Source of the DNA: Macrostomum lignano
Taxonomy: Eukaryota
Length of the DNA stretch: 64,000 nt
Direction of reading: 5' to 3'
NCBI GenBank assembly: GCA_002269645.1
Contig: NIVC01000140.1
Coordinates: 1-64,000 of the forward strand
Under the pieces are notes generated by a model that saw only the letters and a list, made by a program, of their open reading frames with translations, was not told the DNA's origin and searched no databases. The translations under genes were made by a program, and so were the position numbers. Positions 47,530 to 60,500 of this stretch are shown piece after piece (position 1 is the first letter of the stretch; the number at the start of each line of letters is the position of its first letter).

Positions 47530-48521
47530 GCATAACAAAAAATGATAGCGCTTACGTTCTTAATTTTGCTTTTCATCAGATGCGCAACTTTACCAAAGGT
47601 GACGACACGATTGGAGCGGCTCTATCTGAAGGGCGACCTTGCAGCAGCAAGCATCGTCTTGTCGGAGTGCGACTGTGAGCTCACCGTGCGGCATTCAAAG
47701 ACCAACCAGTTCGGCGACCGAGTTCAGCGAGTGTTTCTTCCGAAAGTGCTTGATGGAAAGTTAAGTGTTCTGTGCCCATTCCTTTAAGTGTTCATGCGAT
47801 AGCTACCGACAAAACAAATCGACCAGGCACCGCGCTTGGTTCACCTCCACATGGTCGGCCGGAGGATGGTTGCCTCTGGCGGCCAGCGGTTTCGCTCGCT
47901 GTGCACTTTGGCAGGTTTTTGCGTTCACTGGTCACTGGCTGCAGCTGGGTGGCTTTTATGAACTGCATAAAATGCAGTCATATTTGCGAAGGACGGCTGC
48001 AGCTAAAACTTGCTGCGTAATTTGCATTTGTTCTATGTAGCTTACAAGAACTTTCGTTCCCACGCGCCTGTTCTGCAGTGTTTTAAATAAAGGAAAGACA
48101 GTGTAGGCACTGTCTTCACGTTTCTCTCGCCCGCATCTGCGGGCCTAAAGGCACGGCCATTGCCTCGGCTGGGCTGTAGACCGCAGCAGCCTGGGCCCAG
48201 AAATACCGTGCTTCGAGTTCAATTCTTTGTTATCCGACGTGAGCAGAAGGTTGCAGGCAGGACGCAAAATCCATACCTGCTACTGGGGCTTGAGCCTTCG
48301 TCTAGCTTCGTCTCAATCGTTTAAACCAGCTTATAAATGAGACTAAGGAAAAACTAGGCTTCCAAAAAAGTTGAATGGCAAAAATATATAAAACTTCGCA
48401 AGAATTGCCTTTCAGATAAGAATTTATTACTGATTCTACCTGAGCTAACAACAAAAACTGGGCTAGTCGAAGTAATTATTGTCAGTAATTTTACTTTTCA
48501 AGTACTTTGTACTTAAATCAT

Positions 48522-51500
48522 TCAGTCGGTAGCCAACAACGTGGAAGTAAAGAACTGCTGCAGGATGTGGGGCAGGCTGGCGTTGTCTAAGCAGACAAAA
48601 GCGTGGCCGCTAGGCAGGCTCTCTCGCAAAAAGGTCGCCTGATTGCCGAGGGTACCCAAAAAGATCGCGCAGGCGGTGACCCTGGCGTCCTGGGTGAGGG
48701 CCCGGGACAGCTGCTTGGGATGAATGCCGTACCGGTCCAGGTTTGCGTCTGAGAAGACCACGAGAAAGCGCTCGTCCGCCTCGGCCGTGGCAAGCTGCCG
48801 CACACCGCAGTCGATGGCTTCTACTGTATGGTCGCCACTCATGCAGAACTGAGAGTGGGCCAGCATGGCCTTCAGAGCATCCAGCCTCTGTTTCTGATTG
48901 GCTGGCGGCCGAACTGCGCTGGTGAAGTTCCAGTCGGGACCCTCGCCACTGTGGCCGCGGAACTCGTAGGCAAATTTTGTCTCGAAGCCTTCGAAGGCCT
49001 CCATGAGCATCAGGCAGGCTTCCAGCTGTCGCTCAAGACGCTGGTCGGTGCCATTGAAGCGGTACATCGAGCCCGACACGTCTACCAGCACCCGCAGCAG
49101 CTTCGGCTTCTCTGGAGGCGTCCCGAGCTCCGGCGGCCGCTCGCCTCGGCGCCGGTAGACCGCACGCTCGCCGACCAGCCCCTCTACCAGCTTGCCGTCG
49201 TCTAGATCACCCTGCGTCTAAATGGATTCAGAAAATTCAGCTAGTAGTGCGCACTTGCATAAAGGTGCTGCTACGTCAGGGCTTTACTTTGCCAGTGGTC
49301 TTAGACAGATCACGGGGCAAGGCTGTGTGGGGCTGAGCTTGTCTTACACCATTGCCTACCGGGCTGCTGCTGCCTTTGTGGCATACCATCTATTTGGTCT
49401 GTCCGTCAGTCTGACAGTCCAATGGTACTTTAACACGAAAAAGAGATTTCTAGTGGTAAAAATATGCGGAACTGTAAGTTATTCCTTACGAATAACGAAT
49501 AAATCGTTGTACAATAATCATTGCTCGTGAACATAAGAATTTAACAAGACGCGGTGTGTCGGTGTTCTCAAACAAGGGAAAACTGTCTTTTCGGGTGAAT
49601 TTTATTACGAAGGGGGATCAAAAGTTTTCTGAAACCTACTCTTCTGTAGTAAAAAATTGTAACTGCCAAGCAAATCAGGACATAAAAAAATTCAAGAGGC
49701 CAAAGCTCACCTGATGCCGCAGCCAGTCCCGCTCCTTCCCTTTGGCTTCCAGTGACTGCAGCATCGCCCTCAGTGAGGACACCTGCGGCCGCACTCGGCG
49801 CAGGTAGGTGTCGTACAGCTCGCCGTCGTGCTCGGACATCTCGATCTCGCGCAGCCGTTCCCGCCACGCCTTGCGGGCCATCTCGCGTGCGGCCTCCGAA
49901 ATCTGCAACGAGTTTTGACCGACATATAAGACACAGGAGCACAGAAATTGCAGCTCACCGACACGCGACACCCCTCAGATCAGCTCACCTCAGGTGGCAC
50001 GGCCCGCTTAATCTCGTCGGGCACCTGATACACGTGGTGGCCCGCATCCAGCCGGTACGGCCCGCCAACTCCTCCCAGACCAGCCGTGTCGCGGCCACCG
50101 GTGCCACCGGCCCACATATTGCCGCCCACGTGCGGCGCCCCGGTGGGGTCCACTTTGCCTTGCTTCGGCCCCGACAGGCTGCTGGAGCCCGGCGGCAGCT
50201 GCCGCTCGATCAGCATCTGACGCGATCCGCCACCGAGCGCCGATTTTTCATCGCCAAGCAACCGGCGCCACTCGGCCAGCGCCGTCTCCAGGCCCGCCGG
50301 CGCTACCTGCCAGAAGCAGACGGAGCCGGACTGATCAGCGGAGACGAGGTCGCCACCAGCAGTCTGCGCCAGCAGCCGCGGCAGGTCGGACACCAACCAG
50401 GAGGCGGGCCGGCCGGCCAGCCGGTGCACAGCCGGTCCTGGCGGCTCCACCGGCAGGTAGCTGACGGTGCTGGCCGCCAGGTCTGTCAGTTCCAAGACGC
50501 CGGCCGTGCCGATGGCCGGCTGCCGGTTGCCGAACGCTTCCGGTGGCACCTGGTCAGTGGGGCGGCAGCGCACGAGGCTGCGGCCATCGGGCAGGAGGCA
50601 GAACTGGCTGAACCGAGGGTCTGCAAGCCCGCCAGATCCAGAGCCAAACATCGGATCGCGAGTTCGTGCCTGGCGGGAGGCGGCGGGCAGTGGGCGTGAG
50701 ACGTCATGCAGCTGATTAAGACTCAAAAGGACTCATTGTGCTGGCCTCATTTTGTGCTAGCCCCATACTGTGCTAGCCCTATACTGTACTAGTCCCATAC
50801 TGTGCTAGTCCCATACTGTGCTAGCCCCATACTGTGCTAGCCCCATACTGTGCTAGTCCCATACTATGCTAGCCCCATACCGTGCTAGTCCCATACTGTG
50901 CTAGTCCCATACTGTGCTAGCCCCATACCGTGCTAGCCCCATACTGTGCTAGCCCCATACTGTGCTAGCCCCATACTGTGCTAGCCCCATACTGTGCTAG
51001 TCCCATACTGTGCTAGCCCCATACTGTGCCAGCCCACGAGTTCAGAAGACATTAAAAGTTTAAGCTAGCAAACTAGCAAGTCAGGAAAAGATTGTTCAGC
51101 ACTTCTGCGAAGCCCACCTGCGCCGCAGCAGCAGCGGGAGGTTTATGAGTGAGCGAGTCGATCCGGTGCAGGCTCAGCTGGTGAAGACCCTCTGCATTTG
51201 GCGGCGCCAGGCTCAGCACCGACAAGTGGCCGCCGCCGGCTGCCGACACGGCTGACAACTGCGTCTCCGGCTGGACTCGAAGCGACGGCAAGTCCGTCGA
51301 CAGCGGGCAGGCCCACTGGATCTTCTGCGGCAGCAGCTCCGGCTGCTCCAGCTGCAGCAGGCTGAACTGATGAAGCTCCTGCGGCGACTGCAGCAGAATG
51401 TGCTGGCTGCAAGCAGAAATTTGCTGGCTGTAACCTTGGAATGTGCTGGCCGCAACTATGGAATGTGCTGGCTGAAACTATGAAATGTGCTGACTGCAAC

Positions 51501-54500
51501 TATGGAATGTGCTGACTGCAACTATGGAATGTGCTGGCTGAAACTACGGAATGTGTTGACTGCAACTATGGAATGTGCTGGCTGAAACTATGGAATGTGC
51601 TGGCTGAAACTATGGAATGTGCTGGCTGCAACTATGGAATGTGCTGGCTGCAACTATGGAATGTGCTGGCTGCAACTATGGAATGTGTTGGCTGAAACTC
51701 TGGAATGTGCTGGCTGCAACTATGGAATGTGCTGACTGCAACTATGGAATGTGCTGACTACAACTATGGAATGTGCCGGCTGCAATAGAGAATATGCTGG
51801 CATTATAAAAAGAAAGTAGAAATCCCTCCAACCGCTGCAAAAAACATATTGCTCAGAGGCGACGCAACCAACCTGTCATTGTTGACAAACTGCACGATCC
51901 AGGAGGTCTCGGACAGCGGCTGCAGGTTGCTGATAGGCGCCGGAAGCTGCAGACTGAGAGACCAGCCGCCCCTCAGGTCCAGCAGCTCAACGTGGTCTCT
52001 GAAAGCAAACGAAGACTTGTACTGGTAAGTTGCAAATCAAATTGAAGAGTTTCTTTCGTGGCCGCACCTTCCTTGCTGGAACATCACGGGACTGCCGTCC
52101 AGCCCCAGCGAATCTGCCAGGCGAAAGGAGCTGCCCTTGGCGAGCGTCGGCCATCGCCATAGGTTCCTGCCGCTAGCCAAGGGGTGCTCCGGCAGGCCCT
52201 GCGACTTCACCCGGGACACCTGGCGTTTACCTGCGTCCACTAGAAGAAGCACATTGGTCTGCGGAATGAAAGTTGGGTGCTCAGTTCTGGGGCGAAAGCA
52301 TTGGTCGGAGTGACAGCTGGGTGCTCAGTTCTGGTGAAGGGCATGGGTCTGCAGAGCGATGGCTGGGTGCTCAGTTCTGGTGAAGGGCATGGGTCTGCAA
52401 AGCAATGGCTGGGTGCTCAGTTCTGGTGAAGGGCATGGGTCTGCAGAGCGATGGCTGGGTGCTCAGCTCTGGGGACGGGGACGGCAATGTGATGAAATGA
52501 GTGAGCATGAGCAGGCTTCAGAAAGCTGCAAACCCGTGCTGCAATGAACGCAGTCGCACCATTTCCTCGTGCAGCAGGAAGCAGTGCGGCATGGTTTTCT
52601 CCAGGGACAGCAGGTGCACCCGTGGCTTGTAGAAGTGGCCAGTGTCGGGAAAAATCTCCGTGAAGTCCAACACCTTGGCGGTCCTGGATCCTGGGACCAT
52701 CGAGTAGACCCGCACGGGGTTGATCGTGGCCAGGTGGACCAGCCTGTGGCTGCCATCGTCAGCTGAGAATGGGATCGATTGGCAGTGTGCTGCACATCAC
52801 CGAGATCACATATAGCACACCCATGCGGCAGTTGTCACTCATACCCATAGATGCTCACAGATAGCACTCAGTACCACAGAGGCCAATACAGGAGGGGGGT
52901 GGCATCACTAAGCTCATGCAGAGACGCACAGTAAGTAGCTCAGCAGTAAGGCTCTGACTCTCGCGCCAAAGTGCATTGGTTTGAACTTCGTTCGACCACC
53001 TTTAATTTGGGCTTGCTCAGGGAAATTGACCTGAAGCTTCGCCCATGAAGGCCGACCCCAAGGCAGTGTGTGTACATTCCGGACGATGAAAAGTCGCTGT
53101 ACATCCTACATTTGTGTGCCGGAGTACGCACCCGTGTGCGCAAGCGATCTCTAACAGAATGTGCACAACTACTTGCTTCCCCGCTGGCTCGAATGTCGCC
53201 TTGATTTGCGGCAGTGCGCAGCCCTGTAAACTAACAAAGCAACTAAGCTGGTTCAGATATCACTAATGCAGCAGATGACATCATGCATACAGCAGGACTG
53301 CGATGTCGTGTCGCTCATACTCACAGCAGGTGACACAAATGTCAGCCAGTCCGTCAGTATCATCGAGCGGAATGCAGGCAAAGGACTCGAGCTCGCTGAA
53401 GTGCTCACTGCGACCAGAGCCGCCGTCTAGCCTGATTGAGCTGACTGGCAGGTCGGCGGGCCCCTTGAGGTGAAACTGGCTCTGTGCCGCCGTCAGGAAG
53501 GGGCTGAACCGATTGGCCGGGAGCAGGTTGCTGCTGCCGAGCAGCACAGGACTGGGCAGCGGTAATCTGCAACCGATGCAGTGGGCTGCATGACTCAGAC
53601 AGGTCGCAAGGTAATGTTTACTGTCTGGCAATGCTCCGGTCGCTTGCATATGAGCACTACTCATACAAATACAGCTTACTGCATTGTTAGACTTGATTTC
53701 AAATACAACTGTAAAATTCAGCTTTTGCATCTTGCCGGAGTGAAACTATTGGCACTTTCTAGCTCGTACGCTCGTATTTTGATTTGGGTCACTCTAATTG
53801 CAGTTTCGTGAGCTCCGAATCGTTTACCTGCACAAACTGCTCACTCAACGATGGAAAACGGACAAGAACAAATCAATACAGAATTCGACACAAAGACTTG
53901 CACGATAATGAAAGCAGCTGTCCTTCAAGCGAGAGTCGCAGTGACAGCAAATAACAGCTCAAGTATATTTGCAGCACCTCGCTGATATTACAGAAAATTT
54001 AGCAAATTTTCAATGCCGATAAAAATCGATTTAAATGACGCATAACAAAGGTCACAGCAATGTCAGCCGCGCCCTCAAATAAATTTATGACTCTCGGAGG
54101 AAGGACAGCAGCCAATGGTGTCACATGCAATGATCGCAGGAGCAGAGATAGCGGAGAAATCAGAAGTTAACGGGAATCTTACTGCTTGCTCAGCTTCACA
54201 TTGTGGTGACCGACCGACTCGGCAGGAATGCCGTGCTTGGTGAGCACATCCGCCAGGGTGGACCGCAGCTCCGGGTTGTGCGAGTCGAAGTCAAACACGT
54301 TCTGCAGCACCGAAGAGAGGCGCTCGCCAGGGAACTTCTGCAAGTTGGAGCGAATCAGGGAAAGTCAGAGATACTGGATGGCGGAGCGCCCGAGAGTGAA
54401 TCGGTATGACCGGTAGTGAATGGGTACCAGAGTGAATGGGTTGACCCGGAAGTGAATGGGTACCAGAGTGAATGGGTTGACCCGGAAGTGAATGGGGCGT

Positions 54501-57500
54501 ATCTAAGAGTGAACGGGTGTACCCAAGAGTGAATGGGTGCAGCAAAGTGTGAATGGGTGCAGCAAAGTGTGAATGGGTGCAGCAAAGTGTGAATGGGTGC
54601 AGCAAAGTGTGAATGGGTGCAGCAAAGTGTAAATGGGTGCAGCAAAGTGTGAATTGGTGCAGCAAAGTGTGAATGGGTGCAGAAAAGTGTGAATGGGTGC
54701 AGCAAAGTGTGAATGGGTGCAGCAAAGTGTGAGTGGCGCGTACCTAAGAGTTAACGGGTGTACCCAAGAGTAAATGGGTGCAGCAAAGTGTGAATGGGTG
54801 CAGCAAAGTGTGAGTGGCGCGTACCTAAGAGTTAACGGGTGTACCCAAGAGTGAATGGGTGTACCAGTGAGGTGATACATTTGGTCTGGAAAGTTCCCAT
54901 CCAGTTTGAATGCATTGCCAACCAATAAACGCGCTCCAATTAGCAAAAGCTGAGGACACGACCTCAATCTCAGCCAATGAAAAGTAGTTATGTAACACCC
55001 AATGCGAACAAGACTGAAAAGTACTATAAAAACCTATGTTAAAACCAAGCAAGAAGCTCGCCTCCTGGCCTTTTTCGCCCTCGCCTCTTTTAGCTCTTTG
55101 CTAGCTCATTCGCTGTTTAAGAGTCACTTTTGATTGAAACAGTTGGGGTCCCAACCCAATTACCAAAACTAATAAATTGACCCATGAACTTAAATTGACA
55201 AACAACCGTTTCTCCACAATAGACTGAACCTTCGGTTCACCCAAATAATCAGAACCCATTGTAACTTGAATCGAACGAGCTTCTTATTTGGAATACCATC
55301 TTTATTAGATACTACTTTTGTAAGACAACATCTCGAGACTGTGATCATCAAATACAACGGTCCGTAAGTTTTCATCAAGTGATTGCATCATCAGGAAAAG
55401 TCAGTTTAATCCGCCGCCTCAGTTATTCGGCTCTCACATTGATAATCAAAGTAGACAAGAGCCATAGTGGTGAGAGACCAGAAGACCAAGGATACCCAAG
55501 ATAAAACACAACTATATTTAAAAATTTTCACCAGAGTGAGTAGGTGCAGCAAAGTGTGAATGGGTGCAGCAAAGTGTGAATGGGTGCAGCAAAGTGTGAA
55601 TGGGTGCAGCAAAGTGTGAATAGGTGCAGCAAAGTGTGAATAGGTGCAGCAAAGAGTGAATAGGGGCAGCAAAGAGTGAATAGGTGCAGCAAAGTGTGAA
55701 TAGGTGCAGCAAAGAGTGAATAGGTGCAGCAAAGTATGAATAGGTGCAGCAAAGAGTGAATAGGTGCAGCAAAGAGTGAATAGGTGCAGCAAAGAGTGAA
55801 TAGGTGCAGCAAAGAGTGAATAGGTGCAGCAAAGAGTGAATAGGTGCAGCAAAGAGTGAATAGGTGCAGCAAAGTGTGAATAGGTGCAGCAAAGTGTGAA
55901 TAGGTGCAGCAAAGAGTGAATAGGTGCAGCAAAGAGTGAATAGGTGCAGCAAAGTGTGAATAGGTGCAGCAAAGTGTGAATAGGTGCAGCAAAGAGTGAA
56001 TAGGGGCAGCAAAGAGTGAATAGGTGCAGCAAAGAGTGAATAGGTGCAGCAAAGTGTGAATAGGTGCAGCAAAGAGTGAATAGGTGCAGCAAAGTATGAA
56101 TAGGTGCAGCAAAGTGTGAATAGGTGCAGCAAAGAGTGAATAGGTGCAGCAAAGTATGAATAGGTACAGCAAAGTGTGAATAGGTGCAGCAAAGAGTGAA
56201 TAGGTGCAGCAAAGAGTGAATAGGTGCAGCAAAGTATGAATAGGTACAGCAAAGTGTGAATAGGTGCAGCAAAGAGTGAATAGGTGCAGCAAAGAGTGAA
56301 TAGGTGCAGTAAAGTGTGAATAGGTGCAGCAAAGTGTGAATAGGTGCAGCAAATAGTGAATAGGTGCAGCAAAGTGTGAATAGGTGCAGCAAATAGTGAA
56401 TAGGTGCAGCAAAGAGTGAATAGGTGTACTCAAAGTGAATGGATGCAGAACTTGACGCTAGAATACAAATCTAAACTCACCTGCAGGTGTCGCACAATAT
56501 TGACGAGCTCCCTGGTGGAATAAGGGTACTGCAGGTTGCCTTCGTCAGACATGGCTCTGAGGTCAGCAAACATGCTGACGAGCTTCTGCAACACCTGCTG
56601 CGGCACATCGGGACCGTACTGGGCCAGCATGTGCAGCTCGGAGTCCTGCTGCGGATTGTCCACCGGGTGGCAGGCGAAGGTGTCGCCGAGTGCTCCGAAG
56701 AAGTCGTTGCCGAGAAAGGGGAAGCCGGGCCGGTTGGCCAGCACCAGCAGGCGGAAGTCGGGATGGGTGCGGATGACGCCCGGAGACTGCGGCCCAGCCC
56801 AGCCGGCCGGGACGATGCGGCGGCCATCCGGCAGCGCCATCTCGCCGGACTCGGCCAGTGTCTTGAGCACGCAGGTCACGTGAGTGGGCGCCTTGTCGGC
56901 CTCGTCCACCACCAGCACGTGACCGAAGCGGCAGGCGCGGACCAGCGGGGAGTCCTGGAAGGCAATGCGGCCATCCAGCACGGTGGGCTGCAGGGTGAGG
57001 CTGTGCACGGTGGTGTCCCGGTGCAGCTGCACGTACTCGCGGGGTCGCCGCAGCAGCCGCAGGAAGTGGTCGGCCAGCTTGTTTTTGCCAACCCCCTGGT
57101 TGCCAATGAGAAGCAGGTGCTCGCCAATGCTGAAGTCCCTCAGCATGGCCTCCAGCACGCGCATGTGGGTTTGGTTGTCGTAGAACAGAGTCTCTGGGAT
57201 CTTCATCTCGTTGCGCAGCTCAGGTGGAAGATGTGCGCTTGCCGAGCCGATATGAATTCGCGTTCCGTCAGAGCTGACGGAGCAGCTGGAAGAGGCGTGG
57301 AGGAAGCGACATACTTGATGCTGGAAGCTTGCTTTGGACCGAATACTGGGGCTTAAATTCTATTTGGCACATTGCCTAGCTATTGTTCCAGTTCCATTCC
57401 GAATGTGTCATTGTTTACACATTATCCCACTTAATGTACATACTCGTACAACTTTCTACACCTCAGCACAATATGATAGATTGTGCCAGTTCCGTCAGAG

Positions 57501-60500
57501 CTGGGCTATCTGGATGGAAGAGTGACAGCTGCAGGTTCAACACTAAAAGGTTCAGTTGAACAGCTATCTGACTTGGTGCAGGGTTTCCACAACGGCCGGC
57601 TCACGTGATTGGCTGCTCGGCCGCGGCGCTGTCGGGCGGCTTGAAGTCGGCTTCATCGAGACACTGAGCCAGAGTCTGCGCCGCCAGGCGGGGCAGGAAG
57701 CGGGACAGACAGGCCCGCTCCAGCAGCTCGCGCAAATTCACCTGCGGATCTGCGGCTACGCAGCGGGAGAGCCGCAGCAGCTGGCGAGTGGAGAGGCTGC
57801 CCGCCAGGCTCATGTGCGACGGATCCGAGGAGTCGCGCAGCCGGTGTGCGAAGCCGACGAGCCGCTTGACGGACGGCTCCACGGACTGCGAGTTTGGTAC
57901 CAGCTGCGGGGTTGGAGAGATGAGGAATGGGTGAGCTGGGTATCCAGGCTTCGGCACAGACTGCGAGTTCGGGTTGGGAGTCTATCGATGCACTAGGAAT
58001 CTACGCACTCGAAATTAAACATTTCGGTTGCTTTCACTGTGAACTCCATGTGTAGTATTGCAGAAAGATAGCACCATTGAAACTCCATGTGTAGTATTGC
58101 AGAAAGATAGCACCATTGAAACTCCATGTGTAGTATTGCAGAAAGATAGCACCATTGAAACTCCATGTGTAGTATTGCAGAAAGATAGCACCATTGAAAC
58201 TCCATGTGTAGTATTGCAGAAAGATAGCACCATTGAAACTCCATGTGTAGTATTGCAGAAAGATAGCACCATTGAAACTCCATGTGTAGTATTGCAGAAA
58301 GATAGTACCATTGAAACTTTGCTAAACTGTAACATCTCAGATTTTACTCAAGAAATTTTTTTTAAATTGAATCGCACCTTCATCAGTAACCCGGCCTCTT
58401 CATCAGCTGACAGGGCTCGCACGGAGTGGAAGAGAAAGGCGGTGAGCATCTCATCGCTGAGCCACTGGTTGGCCTGCTGCTTGGCGGGGGACAGCTCGCC
58501 CAGGCCCACAACCCGGAAGGCGGGGTGGATGCGCAACAAGCGGCGGGCGGCCATGTCAGAGTCGGACCAGCCGTGGTCGGCCTTGATTCGGTCGTAGCGG
58601 TCGTGCCGCAGCAGGCGGGTGCCGTCGAACAGCGCCAGCTCGCGGTCACCAAGCAGGCGGTGCAGCACGGCGAAGGTGCCGCGGTCGACCCGGTGCAGGC
58701 CATCCAGCACAGCCAGGTGGCCCTCCACAGCCGCCTGCACCAGCGCGGAGGGCCGCCACTGCGTATCCCCTTCTGCGTCGGTGACCCGCTGTTGCAGCAG
58801 GTCGCGGCTGGACATATCCCTGTACAAGACCACGTGCGCCAGCGGGTAGCCCAGCTGACGGGCCAGCTGGCAGGCCACGGTAAACTTGCCGCAGCCACGC
58901 GGTCCGATCAGCGCGAAGTCCTGCCCGCCTGCGTGGGTCACCATGAGGTCAGCTAGCAGCCCCGAGTGGTACCGCGTGTTCACGAAGCCGCCGCCACTGC
59001 TGCATCCGTCTGATTTCGATGATGCCAAAAGCGGCCAGGGGCCCGTTGGTACTTTCAGGTCAATCCGCTTGCTCAGCAGAGCCGCCTCGATGCGAATGCT
59101 GACCGTGGCTTTGCCTGCCGCTGATTGGCTAGTGCTGTTGTCCCCTGCTGCTGATTGGCTAGTGCTGTTGTTCCCTGCTGCTGATTGGCTAGTGCTGTTA
59201 TCCCCTGCTGCTGATTGGCTAGTGCTGTTGTCCCCTGCTGCTGATTGGCTGGCGGTCAACCCCAGCATTGAAATCTGGCTAGCGTGATCCAGCTGGGTGG
59301 GCAGCTCGAATTTCTGCAATGAAATTCAAGCGAAGAAGATTGCATGCGATGAGTAAAAGATATTCGCAAATCTGAGCATGGCGCTAAAGCTAAAGCTAAA
59401 GACCCGGAAAACCGACTGTTGACCCATTTTTTGCCTAAGGGACTTGAGAACAGCAGCGCCAACTAAGAGACTGGAAGGGAGATGCGCCAACTAAAGGGAC
59501 TGCATGGGAGATGCGCCAACTAAAGGGATTAAAGGGGAGATGCACCAACTAAGACATGAAGGGGAGATGCACCAACTAGGACATGAAGGGGAGATGCGCC
59601 AACTAAGGCATGAGGGGAGATGCGCCAACTAAGGCATGAGGGGAGATGCGCCAACTAAGGCATGAGGGGAGATGCACCAACTAAGGCATGAGGGGAGATG
59701 CACCAACTAAGGCATGAGGGGAGATGCACCAACTAAGGCATGAGGGGAGATGCGCCAACTAAGGCATGAGGGGAGATGCACCAACTAAGGCATGAGGGGA
59801 GGTGCGCCAACTAAGGCATGAGGGGAGATGCGCCAACTAAAGGGATTGAAGGGGAGATGCGCCAACTAAAGGGATTGGATGGGAAATGCGCCAACTAAAG
59901 GGATTGGAGGGGAGATGCGCCAACTAAAGGGATTGGAGGGGAGATGCACCAACTAAGACATGAAGGGGAGATGCACCAACTAGGACATGAAGGGGAGATG
60001 CGCCAACTAAGGCATGAGGGGAGATGCGCCAACTAAGGCATGAGGGGAGATGCGCCAACTAAGGCATGAGGGGAGATGCACCAACTAAGGCATGAGGGGA
60101 GATGCACCAACTAAGGCATGAGGGGAGATGCACCAACTAAGGCATGAGGGGAGATGCGCCAACTAAGGCATGAGGGGAGATGCACCAACTAAGGCATGAG
60201 GGGAGGTGCGCCAACTAAGGCATGAGGGGAGATGCGCCAACTAAAGGGATTGAAGGGGAGATGCGCCAACTAAAGGGATTGGATGGGAAATGCGCCAACT
60301 AAAGGGATTGGAGGGGAGATGCGCCAACTAAAGGGATTGGAGGGGAGATGCGCCAACTAAAGGGATTGGAGGGGAGATGCGCCAACTAAAGGGATTGGAG
60401 GGGAGATGCGCCAACTAAAGGGATTGGAGGGGAGATGCGCCAACTAAAGGGATTGGAGGGGAGATGCGCCAACTAAAGGGATTGGAGGGGAGATGCGCCA

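Larger units (their letters stand above)
44502..47595. mobile_element. Palindromic dual-hammerhead element, family 2 (298 bp once the nested TIR element is removed)
   Basis: 12-bp TSD aaggtgacgaca (44490-44501, 47596-47607); inverted arms 44501-44621 and 47418-47571; 24-nt tail. Confidence 0.72.
44104..48020 (+). pseudogene. Decayed tyrosine recombinase gene (DIRS/Ngaro- or Crypton-like) split by a 3.1-kb insertion
   Basis: Left part reads SAFAPRTKQSYRSQL, AVRGIRR and AFCAVLAAWRSMLRKAKVT. Right part reads LTVRHSKTNQFG, LCP and SYLRRTAAA (HxxR-box-like). The frame is continuous across the 12-bp TSD. Stops and frameshifts present; no RT found nearby. Confidence 0.7.

Noticed and set aside
54291-56433. 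Long hydrophobic repeat ORFs (LHLFTLCCTYS...)
   Set aside because: Intronic 20-bp minisatellite between well-supported VWA8 exons.
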